A DNA stretch of 64,000 nt, taken from an uncultured Pseudomonadota bacterium. Its GTDB lineage: Bacteria; Myxococcota_A; Polyangia; Fen-1088. The stretch lies in the NCBI GenBank assembly GCA_963847705.1, contig CAWKBC010000007.1:1-64000 (forward strand), in the 5' to 3' direction. Positions 12,487 to 21,251 of the stretch are shown piece by piece; the first letter of the stretch is position 1; each line of letters opens with the position of its first letter. A program made the position numbers and the translations under genes. The notes below the pieces were generated by a model. It ran no database searches and was not told the DNA's origin. It was given only the letters and a program-made list of their open reading frames with translations.

Positions 12487-14790
12487 TCAGCGAGGTGTCT
12501 CTGGAGGGTCCGCCGTCATCTCGACCACCGCGCCGCCCGTGCCGGTGAAGGCGTCGTCGATGGCCAGCTCCTCGGAGGTCGCGTGAGCGTCGATGGTGGG
12601 CGCCGCCTCGAGAGGTTGCTTGGCCCAGTGAGCGAAGACCGCCTCGGCGGTCGTGCGGGTCATGCCGGCGACGGCGGCCAGCTCGTCGACGGTGGCCTCG
12701 CGGACGCGCTTGACGCTTCCGAAGTGGCGCAAGAGCTGGCGCTGGCGGCCCGGGCCGATCCCGGGGATGTCGGAGAGCGCGGAGCGCAAGGTGAGCCGGC
12801 GGCGGCTGTTCCGGTGAAAGCTGATGGCGAAGCGGTGCGCCTCGTCGCGCAGTTGCTGGAGCACGAACATCTCGGCGCTGTTGGTGCGAATCGGGATGGC
12901 GTCCTTGGCGTGAGGAAGGAACACCCGGTCGGGTTTCGTGGTGCCACCGGCGTCGCGGCCCGATTTCTTCGCCGGGACCGGTGGTTCCACCGCCGCCTCC
13001 GGCGTCAAAGCCCCCGGCGCGGCGGTCGTCTCGGGCGCGGCGGTCGCTTCCGGCGCGGCGGTCGTCTCGGGCGCGGCGGTCGCCCCCGGCGCGGCGGTCG
13101 ACTCGGGAGCGGAATTCGCCTCCGGCGCGGGGACGTCCGTCCCTTCGACCAGCCCCTCGGCCAGCGCCACGTCGCGCTCCTTCGCCAGTGCCACGATCGG
13201 CAGCCCGACGCCGGCGCGGACGTCGATGCCGACGTCGCGCGCGGCCGCCAGCGCCATCGCCAGCTGCCCCTTGCCGCCGTCGACGACGATGAGGTCGGGG
13301 AGCTTCCAGGTGCTGGCCTCCTCACCGTCATGACTCGCTTCGCGCGCGCGCCGGAACCGGCGCGAGAGCACCTCGTACATCGAGGCGAAGTCGTCGTTGT
13401 GGCGGCTGCGCCCGGCGGCGCCGGGGGCCCGCACCTTGTACGTGCGGTAGCGGCTCTTCTCGGGGCGGCCGTCGACGAAGACGACCATCGAGGCGACGGT
13501 GGCGACCCCCTGCAGGTGCGAGACGTCGTAACATTCGATCACCCGCGGCAGCTTCGGTAGCTTGAGCCGCCGCTGCAGCTTGCCCAGCGCCAGCTCGACG
13601 TCGGCGCGCGTGTTGCGGCGGGTGGCGAAGCTGGCCGCCGCGTTCTTGTTGGCCAGCTCGATGAGCCGGGTCCGGTCCCCACGCCGGGGGACCAGGACCT
13701 CGACCTTCTTGTGCCGCCCCGGCAGCGCGGCCCGCTTCTCGCTCAGCCACTCGGCCTTGAGCGCGGCGTCCTCGATCTCCACGGGCAGCAGCACCTCGTC
13801 GGGCGGCGGGGCGCCGAGGTCGTAGTAGAGGCCGATGAACGAGGAGATCAGCTCCGCGTCGGGGAACTCCTGCCCGGTGAACGAGTAGGCACGGTTCCCG
13901 TTCAGCTGTCCGTTGCGGATCGACATCACCACGATCTCCAGCGCGATCCCCTCGCGGTGATAGCCGACCACGTCCTGATCGAGGAAGTCGCTCGACACCA
14001 CCCGCTGCTTCTCCAGCGACACCTCCAGCGCCTTGATCTGGTCGCGGATCTCCGCGGCCGCCTCGAACTCGGTGCGCCCGGCCGCCTCCTTCATCCGCGT
14101 GCGCAGCCGGTCGAGCAGCTCGTCGTTCTTGCCGTCGAGAAACAGCCGCACGTCGCGCACCTGATCGCCGTAGGCCTCGCGCGACACCGGCAGCACGCAG
14201 GGGGCCGGGCAGCGCTTGATCTGGTACTGCAGGCAGGGGCGCTTGCGGTTGTGCAGCACGTGGTCGGTGCAGGTGCGCAGCTGGAAGTGGCGGTTCACCA
14301 CCCGCAGCGCCTCGCGGCAGGAGGTCGCCGAGTGGTAAGGGCCGAAGTAGTAGGCCCCGTCGTCGCCCAGCCGGCGCGTGACCTCCAGGCGCGGCCACTC
14401 GCCTTCGGGGTCGAGCCGCAGCACCAGGAAGTTCTTGTCGTCGGTCAGCTTGACGTTGAAGCGCGGCTGGTGGCGCTTGATGAGCGTGTTCTCCAGCAGC
14501 AGCGCCTCTTTTTCGTTGGAGGTCACGACCGTCTCGATGTCGGCCACGATCCCCTCCAGCAGCGGCACGAAGTCGCGGCTGTCGCCCGAGGCCGGCTGAA
14601 AGTACTGGCGGACGCGGTTGCGCAGCACGGCCGCCTTGCCGATGTAGATCGGCTTGCCGCGCCCGTCCTTCATGATGTAAACGCCCGGCGCGGTCGGCAG
14701 GGCCTCGAGGATCTCGGCCAACGTCTTGCGCGGCGGCGAGACCTCGGACTCGCGCAGGCTCGGCCGTGGCTGGTCCCCCTCCTCGGACAT
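12487..14790 (-). CDS. uvrC: Excinuclease ABC subunit C
   Basis: GIY-YIG (PGVY..IYIGKA..LRNRV), UVR domain, IECYDVSH, DLIVVDGGKGQL, RDEAHRFA and HhH. Start taken at ATG 14790. Confidence 0.96.
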   Translation of the reverse strand: MSEEGDQPRPSLRESEVSPPRKTLAEILEALPTAPGVYIMKDGRGKPIYIGKAAVLRNRVRQYFQPASGDSRDFVPLLEGIVADIETVVTSNEKEALLLENTLIKRHQPRFNVKLTDDKNFLVLRLDPEGEWPRLEVTRRLGDDGAYYFGPYHSATSCREALRVVNRHFQLRTCTDHVLHNRKRPCLQYQIKRCPAPCVLPVSREAYGDQVRDVRLFLDGKNDELLDRLRTRMKEAAGRTEFEAAAEIRDQIKALEVSLEKQRVVSSDFLDQDVVGYHREGIALEIVVMSIRNGQLNGNRAYSFTGQEFPDAELISSFIGLYYDLGAPPPDEVLLPVEIEDAALKAEWLSEKRAALPGRHKKVEVLVPRRGDRTRLIELANKNAAASFATRRNTRADVELALGKLQRRLKLPKLPRVIECYDVSHLQGVATVASMVVFVDGRPEKSRYRTYKVRAPGAAGRSRHNDDFASMYEVLSRRFRRAREASHDGEEASTWKLPDLIVVDGGKGQLAMALAAARDVGIDVRAGVGLPIVALAKERDVALAEGLVEGTDVPAPEANSAPESTAAPGATAAPETTAAPEATAAPETTAAPGALTPEAAVEPPVPAKKSGRDAGGTTKPDRVFLPHAKDAIPIRTNSAEMFVLQQLRDEAHRFAISFHRNSRRRLTLRSALSDIPGIGPGRQRQLLRHFGSVKRVREATVDELAAVAGMTRTTAEAVFAHWAKQPLEAAPTIDAHATSEELAIDDAFTGTGGAVVEMTADPPETPR
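13011..13110 (-). repeat. In-frame 18-bp tandem repeat in uvrC (AP[E/G]xTA, about 5-6 units)
   Basis: Encodes APESTA APGATA APETTA APEATA APETTA APGA. Confidence 0.9.
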
Positions 14791-14827
14791 GCCCGTAACC
14801 ATAACGCGCGCGTTATATTCGCGCCGC

Positions 14828-15580
14828 ATGTGCCGTCGCCGTCGCTTTGGTTCCTGGGCGCTTCTCCTCGGATTGGCCGTGGTTCTCCGGGCAGAGCCGT
14901 CCGCCCGCGCGGCGGGCGCGCCGGTGGTCGGCAAGCTGACCTGGTACGGGCAGTCCTGCTTCCTGCTCGAGACGGCGGCCGGGACCCGCGTGCTCATGGA
15001 CCCGTTCGGGAAGGCGACCGGCTATCCGCTGCCGGCCAACCTGCGCGCCGACGTGGTGACCATCAGCCACGAGCACCCCGACCACAACAACTTCCGGATG
15101 TCGACCGGCGCCCCCCATGTGCTGCACGGCCTCACCGCCGACAAGAAAGGTTGGGCGCGCGTCGAGGAGAGGTTCCGCGACGTCTCCATCCGTTCGGTCG
15201 GCGTCTACCACGACGACAAGCGGGGCGCCGCGCGCGGCCTCGACACCGTGTTCATCTTCGAGGTCGGGGGGCTCCGGATCGCCCATCTCGGCGACCTCGG
15301 CCATGTCCTCGACGACGATCAGCTGGAAGCGATCGGCTCGGTTGACGTGCTGCTGGTCCCCGTCGGAGGCGTCACCACGCTCGACGCCTACCAGGCCACC
15401 CGGGTCATCGACCAGCTGCACCCCCGTTTGATGATCGTCCCCATGCACTACAAGGCCGAGGCGCTCGACCTGTTCCTGGAACGAAAGGCCAACGTCCGGC
15501 GTGAAACGCAGCCGACGGTCGTGCTCACCTCGGTCAAGGCGCGGCCGGCGACGGAGATCGTCGTCCTCCCCGACCGCTGA
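14828..15580 (+). CDS. MBL-fold metallo-hydrolase (probably exported)
   Basis: WYGQSCF, DP, TISHEHPDHN, HLGDLG, LLVPVGG and PMHY. N-terminal RRRR plus a hydrophobic signal. Confidence 0.88.
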   Translation: MCRRRRFGSWALLLGLAVVLRAEPSARAAGAPVVGKLTWYGQSCFLLETAAGTRVLMDPFGKATGYPLPANLRADVVTISHEHPDHNNFRMSTGAPHVLHGLTADKKGWARVEERFRDVSIRSVGVYHDDKRGAARGLDTVFIFEVGGLRIAHLGDLGHVLDDDQLEAIGSVDVLLVPVGGVTTLDAYQATRVIDQLHPRLMIVPMHYKAEALDLFLERKANVRRETQPTVVLTSVKARPATEIVVLPDR

Positions 15581-15583
15581 CGC

Positions 15584-16087
15584 TCACCGGCCCAGGGCCC
15601 GCGCGATGAGGTGCCAGAGACCGATCGCCACCAGCACCGGCAGCGCGAACGCCGCCAGCAGCACGATGATGGCGAATGCGACGACCAGGTTGTCGGACCA
15701 GTGGCCGCGGAAGGCGCGCCCGCCTGCGCGCGACCGCAGCAGCGACAGGTTGCGGGCGTGGGCCTTGAACAGGAAGTCCCAGATGTCGCCCAGGATCGGG
15801 ATCGAGCCCCCGGCGGCGTCCGCCGCCAGGTTCAGCAGCATGCGGGCGATCAGCGCCTTGGGCGCGCGCCGCTGCCAGGCCAGCAGGACCGGATAGAGTC
15901 CCAGCGCCGAGCCGAGCAGATCGCCCACCCCGGGCAGAAACAGACCGAGCAGCGGGTCGAGGAGCCTGTCGTCGAGCCAGCGCGCCAGCGTCTCGGCGGC
16001 GACGAGGGCGTGATCGTCCTGCCTGGGCTGCGGCCGCTCCAGCGCCGCCTTCGCGACAGCCCCATCTTGCCCGTCCTTCGCGTCCAC
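15584..16087 (-). CDS. DUF4112 membrane protein
   Basis: LDPLLGL.PGVGD, RMLLN...D...GSIPILGDIWDFLFKA..RN. Confidence 0.85.
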   Translation of the reverse strand: MDAKDGQDGAVAKAALERPQPRQDDHALVAAETLARWLDDRLLDPLLGLFLPGVGDLLGSALGLYPVLLAWQRRAPKALIARMLLNLAADAAGGSIPILGDIWDFLFKAHARNLSLLRSRAGGRAFRGHWSDNLVVAFAIIVLLAAFALPVLVAIGLWHLIARALGR

Positions 16088-16154
16088 ACCGGAAGGTTAC
16101 CCACCAAATTGGGGTGCGGGTGGATTGCTGAGGTCGTCAGGTCGTTCAGGTCGT

Positions 16155-16748
16155 TCAGATTCTGGGGCCGCCGGCGGTCGCCTCGCCCAGCGCCCGCGGG
16201 ACGTAGTTGCCGCCCGAGATGATCATCTTGATCGCCTCCTGCGGCGCCAGACTGACGCGGACGCAGCGGCTCTGGGGGATGAAGTGCAGCCTCCCCCGGG
16301 TCGGGTTGGGCGAGGCCGGAATGAAGACGCAGCACACCTCTGGATCACCCTCCAGCGCGTGACCGCTGGTGAAGCCGATGATCATTCCGCGCCCCGCCTC
16401 GTCGGGCACCAGCACCACGCGCCCGAAGATCCCCAGCCCGCCGTCGTGTGTGTCGGTGAGCGCCACCTGCTTCCAGGCGCGGTAGAGATCGCGCAGCCCC
16501 GGCACGTGCCCGAGGATCCAGTCGGTGACGCCGATCAGGAACTTCCCGACCACGCTGGTGACGAACAGCCCGAGCAGGTAGATGGCCCCCAGCGCCACGA
16601 CGATCCCCAGGAACGGGACGGTGATCCCCAGGATCGCGCGGGCCTTGCTGTCGACGTACCAGAGGACGAAGAAGGTGACCGCCACCGGGATCGCGGCCAG
16701 GAGTCCGGTCACGAACTTGTTGCGGAGGTGCGTCTTGAGGCGTCCCAT
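16155..16748 (-). CDS. DUF502 membrane protein
   Basis: FVTGLL..IP..VT, VP....LY...KQ, VFIP.SPNPT.G and A.K.IISGG. Confidence 0.88.
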   Translation of the reverse strand: MGRLKTHLRNKFVTGLLAAIPVAVTFFVLWYVDSKARAILGITVPFLGIVVALGAIYLLGLFVTSVVGKFLIGVTDWILGHVPGLRDLYRAWKQVALTDTHDGGLGIFGRVVLVPDEAGRGMIIGFTSGHALEGDPEVCCVFIPASPNPTRGRLHFIPQSRCVRVSLAPQEAIKMIISGGNYVPRALGEATAGGPRI

Positions 16749-16824
16749 GCGATCGAATTAGACGCCGAGTCGGACGGAATCGCCAAAACCACGTTTGCCT
16801 GGTCGCCGTGCGCGACCGCGGCGC

Positions 16825-17625
16825 TCAGGCCACCAGCAGCGTTCCCACGCTTCCCGGCGCCGACAGCGAGGCGGCGAGCTCGGAGGGCGCCACGATGTGC
16901 ACTGCGCCGACGCCGGCGGCGAGCGGCGCGAACGCTTCCTCGAGCTTGGGGATCATCCCCCCCTGGACCACCCCGTCGTGGATGGCGGCGCGCGCTTCGG
17001 CGACGGTCAGCCGTGGGATGCGGGTCGCCGGATCGTCCTTGTCGCGCCGGACGCCGCCGACCGCGGTGCAGGCGACCAGCGCCGCCGCGCCCACGGCCGC
17101 CGCCAGCTGGCTGGCGACCACGTCGGCGTTGATGTTCAAGGTCGTGCCGGCGGCGTCGGCGCCCAGGCAGGCGACCACGGGGAGGTAGCCGCCGCCCTCG
17201 AGCGCGTCGAGCAGCGCGCGGTCGATCCCCTCGACGTCGCCGACCAGCCCAAAGTCGACCGCCTCGCCGCTCGAGCCCGAGACCACCCGCGGCGGGCGCC
17301 GATGCGCGCGGACGACGCCGCTCGACCCCGCCAGGCCGACCGCGGGGACTGCGGCCGCGCGCAAGGCCGCGACCAGATCGACGTTGAGCTTCCCGGCCAC
17401 CACCATCTTCACGAGGTCGAGCGACGCCGCGTCGGTGATGCGCCGCCCGCCGACGAGCTTCGGCTCGATGCCGAGGCGGCGCGACAGCTCGGTGGTCTGC
17501 GGCCCGCCCCCGTGGACGACGATGAGCCGGAGCCCGGAGGCGCGCGCGCGGGCGATCTCCGCGGCGACGACGTTCACGGCAGGCGCCGTCAGCACGTCGC
17601 CCCCCAGCTTGATGACCACGATCAT
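16825..17625 (-). CDS. argB: Acetylglutamate kinase
   Basis: VIKLGG, VHGGGPQ, G.RITD, NINAD and GGMIPKL. Adjacent to argC. Confidence 0.95.
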   Translation of the reverse strand: MIVVIKLGGDVLTAPAVNVVAAEIARARASGLRLIVVHGGGPQTTELSRRLGIEPKLVGGRRITDAASLDLVKMVVAGKLNVDLVAALRAAAVPAVGLAGSSGVVRAHRRPPRVVSGSSGEAVDFGLVGDVEGIDRALLDALEGGGYLPVVACLGADAAGTTLNINADVVASQLAAAVGAAALVACTAVGGVRRDKDDPATRIPRLTVAEARAAIHDGVVQGGMIPKLEEAFAPLAAGVGAVHIVAPSELAASLSAPGSVGTLLVA

Positions 17626-17704
17626 CCTTGCTCCGCGGCGACGACGTTCACGGCAGGCGCCGTCAGCACGTCGCCCCCCAGCTTGATGACGACGATCATC
17701 CTTG
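17557..17704. repeat. 74-bp tandem duplication of the argB 5' end (one mismatch)
   Basis: 17557-17630 and 17631-17704 are identical except at one third-codon position (GTG/GTC). Confidence 0.95.
17622..17699 (-). other. 25-aa uORF MIVVIKLGGDVLTAPAVNVVAAEQG whose TGA overlaps the argB ATG
   Basis: Manual translation of the upstream repeat copy. The ATGA overlap is at 17622-17625. Translation is not demonstrated. Confidence 0.6.
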
Positions 17705-17733
17705 GGCGCCTCGCCTGCGCTCAGCCGACCCGT

Positions 17734-18783
17734 CTACGGCCACGGACCAGGATCCTCGAGCGAGGCCGTCTCGGGCACCCCCAGCATGAGGTTCATGTTC
17801 TGGATCGCCTGTCCGGCGCCGCCTTTGATCAGGTTGTCGGTGGCGCTGACGATCGCCAGCGTGCGGGAGCCGCCCGCCGCGACCCCCAGCGTGAACCCGA
17901 CCTCGGCGTAGTTGCTGCCGGCGACAGCCGCCACCTCGGGCAACCGGTCGCGCACGAAGCGGACGAAGGGCTCGCCGGCATAGGCGTCGTCGTAGAGCTT
18001 CACCATGGCCGCTTCCTCGATCTCGGCCGGCAGCTCCACGAAGCTGGTCACCAGGATGCCGCGCGACAGCGGCGCCGAGACCGGGACGAAGCGCAACGCC
18101 ACCTGCGGCGCGCCCGCCGAGGCCAGCGTCTCCAGGATCTCGGGCGTGTGCTGGTGCTCGAGCACCTTGTAGGTCTTGAGGTTGACCGCCCGCACCGGGT
18201 GGTGCGTCCCCGCCGACGGCGCCACGCCGCTCCCCGACGACCCGGTCATCCCGACGACGTGGACCACGCCGGAGAGCATCCCGGCCCGCGCCAGGGGCAG
18301 CAGGCCAAGCTCGATGGTAGTGGCGAAGCAGCCGGGGGAGGCCACCGCCCGCGCGGTCCGGATCGCGGCGCGGTTCAGCTCGGGCAGGCCGTAGACGAAG
18401 GTCCCCAGCGCCTCCGGGTGCGGGTGGGTGGCCCCGTAGTAGCGCGCGTAGGCGGCGGCGTCGCGCAGGCGGAAGTCTCCCGACATGTCGACCACCTTGG
18501 CGCCTGTCGCCAGGATCGCCGGTGCGTGCAGCGCGCTCACCTTGTGCGGCAGGCCGAGGAGCGCGACGTCGGCCCCGCGCGCCGCTTCGGCGGGGGGCAC
18601 GTTCTCGAACCGCAGGTCGCTGCGTCCGGTGAGCGGCGGGTGAACCGCGCCCAGCGGCTCGCCGACATGATCGACCGCCACCACGCGGGTCAGCTCGACG
18701 TCGGGGTGAATCAGCAGACGGCGGATCATCTCGGCCCCGCCGTAGCCGGTGCCGCCGATGACGACGGCCTTGAAGCGCTTCAT
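17734..18783 (-). CDS. argC: N-acetyl-gamma-glutamyl-phosphate reductase
   Basis: IGGTGYGG.E, DMSGDFRL, YGLPE, ASPGCF, H.HTPE and DNLIKGGAGQAIQNMN. Start ATG 18783. Confidence 0.96.
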   Translation of the reverse strand: MKRFKAVVIGGTGYGGAEMIRRLLIHPDVELTRVVAVDHVGEPLGAVHPPLTGRSDLRFENVPPAEAARGADVALLGLPHKVSALHAPAILATGAKVVDMSGDFRLRDAAAYARYYGATHPHPEALGTFVYGLPELNRAAIRTARAVASPGCFATTIELGLLPLARAGMLSGVVHVVGMTGSSGSGVAPSAGTHHPVRAVNLKTYKVLEHQHTPEILETLASAGAPQVALRFVPVSAPLSRGILVTSFVELPAEIEEAAMVKLYDDAYAGEPFVRFVRDRLPEVAAVAGSNYAEVGFTLGVAAGGSRTLAIVSATDNLIKGGAGQAIQNMNLMLGVPETASLEDPGPWP

Positions 18784-18811
18784 CGCAGGCTTTGGCTTGG
18801 GCTCGGCAGCC

Positions 18812-19069
18812 TCAGTTTGAGGTCTTGACGCAGACGAGGCCGGCGTTCCCGTCGGGGTTGGTCTCCGACTGATAGCCGGCAGGACAGCCGACCATGACCA
18901 TCCCCGTGTCGATCTGCGGAGCCATCCCGTCGTCGCCGAAGATCGGGCAGACGCCGCCGGCGTCCGCGCCGACGGTGGGACAGAAGGACTCGGAGGGGGT
19001 GCAGCCCGCCATCGACCCGAACACGCCGAGCGCGCCGGCAAGCATCAAGACAGCCAAAAGCGACTTCAT
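18812..19069 (-). CDS. Small Cys-containing lipoprotein (85 aa)
   Basis: MKSLLAVLMLAGALGVFGSMAGC signal/lipobox plus four further Cys. This is the C-terminal part of the 523-aa shadow ORF. Confidence 0.65.
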   Translation of the reverse strand: MKSLLAVLMLAGALGVFGSMAGCTPSESFCPTVGADAGGVCPIFGDDGMAPQIDTGMVMVGCPAGYQSETNPDGNAGLVCVKTSN

Positions 19070-19234
19070 GTCTGGATGATGGGCGGCAGCGGCGGGGAGT
19101 GTCAAGACGGGACGAGCTTGGCGCCGACGTGTGTATTTTCCACACTGTTGCGGCTCATCCGAGGGCCTGAATTCAGGGAAAAAACCGGTGGTCGCGTTGA
19201 CGCCACCCGATCGCCCCTCTACCCTCTGAGTCTC

Positions 19235-21214
19235 GTGCATCGCCCCTGGTTGAGCCTGTTTCTTGGGTTGTTCGCGCTCTCCCTTCCGGTTGCTGCCTCG
19301 GCGGCCAACACGAAAGGGGTCCGGCTGCGGGCGGTGGTGCCGTCCGGACCGCCTCCGGCCATCATGCCGCTCTCCGAGGTCAAGCCGGGGATGGTCGGGC
19401 AGGCGCTGACGGTGTTCCAGGGGACCAAGCCCGAGCCGTTCAAGGTGCGGGTGGTCTCCGTGATGCACAACTTCCTGCCCAAGCAGGACGTCATCTTGAT
19501 CCGCGCCGAGGATCCGCGCGTCGAGTTCAGCGGCATCGTCGCCGGCATGAGCGGCAGCCCGGTCTACATCGACGGCAAGCTGGTCGGCGCGGTGGCCTAC
19601 GCCTGGAGCTTCGCCAAGGAGCCGCTGGGCGGTGTCACGCCGATCGAATCGATGCTGGCCGAGCGGCGCCGCCCGCGCCGCGTGGGGCGCGAGTACTTCG
19701 CGGAGGGCGGACCAGACAACGGTCAGGGGCAAGCCAACTCGGCCGCTCAACCCGGTGGGGAGTCGTTGCGCATTCCGGCGGCCATGGGCGGCAACGGCGC
19801 GCTGACGCAGAGCCACGCCGGGTTCGGATCGCCCGACGCCTTCTCGCGCGGCCTCGGCTTGCCGCCGATCGGCCCCGCCCCGGCCAACGGCGAGCCGCGC
19901 CTGCTGCGCGCCTCGGTGCCGCTCACGGTCTCCGGCTTCTCGCCCCGCGCCGTGGGGGAGCTGGCCGAAGAGATGCGCCCGACCGGTCTCGTCCCGCTGC
20001 AGGCAGGCGGCGGCGGTCACATCGGACCGCCCAAGGCCGGCCACGTCGAGCCCGGCTCGGCGATCGGGGTCGAGCTGGTGCGCGGCGACATGAGCACGGT
20101 CGCCACCGGCACCGTCACCTACGTCAACGGCTCGGACGTTCTGGCCTTCGGCCACCCGCTGTTCGGGATCGGCGAGGTCTACCTGCCCATGGTCGACGCC
20201 GAGATCCACGCGTTTCTCCCCAGCCTCTCGCAGTCGTTCAAGATGTCGTCGCCGCTCGACGAGGTCGGCACCTTGGTCCAGGATCGTCCCGCCTGCATCG
20301 TCGGCGACCTCGACGCCCGCACCACCATGCTGCCGGTCGACGTGCGCGTCACCGGCCCCGGCGTCGAGCCGCGCCTCTTCCATGCGGAGGTGGCGCGCAA
20401 CCGGCGGCTGACGCCGATGCTGGCCTCGACCGTCATCAGCAACGCCATCGCCGACGCCGAGCCCGACGTGACCGACATGATCGTCACCGTCACCTCCAAG
20501 GTCGGGGTGAAGGGCTACGCGCCGCTGGAGCTGCGCGATCAGATCTTTTCACCCGAAGGCGTGTCGAGCCACGCGCTCGCCTCCTCGCGCGGCCTGCGGG
20601 CCATGGACAACCTGCTGGTCAACCCGTTCGAGCCGGTGACGCTCGATCGCCTGGACGTCGACGTCCGGGTCGAGTACCGGCGCGACGTGGCGGAGATCGT
20701 CGGCGTGGCGCTCCCGACGCAGGACGTGCGCGCCGGTGACACCGTCGACCTGCGCGTCACCTTGCGCCCCTACGCTGGGTCGGAGTACGTCGAGACGGTG
20801 CCGGTGATCATCCCCCGCACCGTCGCCGGCCAGACGCTCAAGATCGAGGTGGCCTCGGGCGCGTCGGTGAGGCCCGACACCCCGCAGGCCGAGACGTTGC
20901 CGGTCTACATCGACAACATGCGCAAGTCCTACTCCGCGACGTCGATCGTCGTCACGCTGCAGACGCCCGACGACGGCGCCTCGCTGCGCGGCCGGCTCAT
21001 CTCCGGGCTGCCGGACTCGGCGCTCGACACGCTCCGGCCCGGCAACCAGACCAACCGCGCCGGCGCCTACCACGTCGCCGATCGCACGCTGTTCCCGGCG
21101 CGCCAGCTGGTCAGTGGAAGAGAAGAGCTGAGCGTGGCGGTCAAGACCGACGCGCTCGGCGCGGTGGGAGCAATCGGGGCAATCGGGGACCACCAGCCCA
21201 CTTCGGCGCCCTGA
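19235..21214 (+). CDS. Exported SpoIVB/S55 peptidase-domain protein
   Basis: Signal peptide, GIVAGMSGSPVYIDGKLVGAVAY (S55 catalytic Ser motif), GTVTY and LAFGHP. Start approximate. Confidence 0.88.
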   Translation: MHRPWLSLFLGLFALSLPVAASAANTKGVRLRAVVPSGPPPAIMPLSEVKPGMVGQALTVFQGTKPEPFKVRVVSVMHNFLPKQDVILIRAEDPRVEFSGIVAGMSGSPVYIDGKLVGAVAYAWSFAKEPLGGVTPIESMLAERRRPRRVGREYFAEGGPDNGQGQANSAAQPGGESLRIPAAMGGNGALTQSHAGFGSPDAFSRGLGLPPIGPAPANGEPRLLRASVPLTVSGFSPRAVGELAEEMRPTGLVPLQAGGGGHIGPPKAGHVEPGSAIGVELVRGDMSTVATGTVTYVNGSDVLAFGHPLFGIGEVYLPMVDAEIHAFLPSLSQSFKMSSPLDEVGTLVQDRPACIVGDLDARTTMLPVDVRVTGPGVEPRLFHAEVARNRRLTPMLASTVISNAIADAEPDVTDMIVTVTSKVGVKGYAPLELRDQIFSPEGVSSHALASSRGLRAMDNLLVNPFEPVTLDRLDVDVRVEYRRDVAEIVGVALPTQDVRAGDTVDLRVTLRPYAGSEYVETVPVIIPRTVAGQTLKIEVASGASVRPDTPQAETLPVYIDNMRKSYSATSIVVTLQTPDDGASLRGRLISGLPDSALDTLRPGNQTNRAGAYHVADRTLFPARQLVSGREELSVAVKTDALGAVGAIGAIGDHQPTSAP

Positions 21215-21251
21215 GCGGAATATCCCCGCCTCCTTTACAATTACGCCCCCG

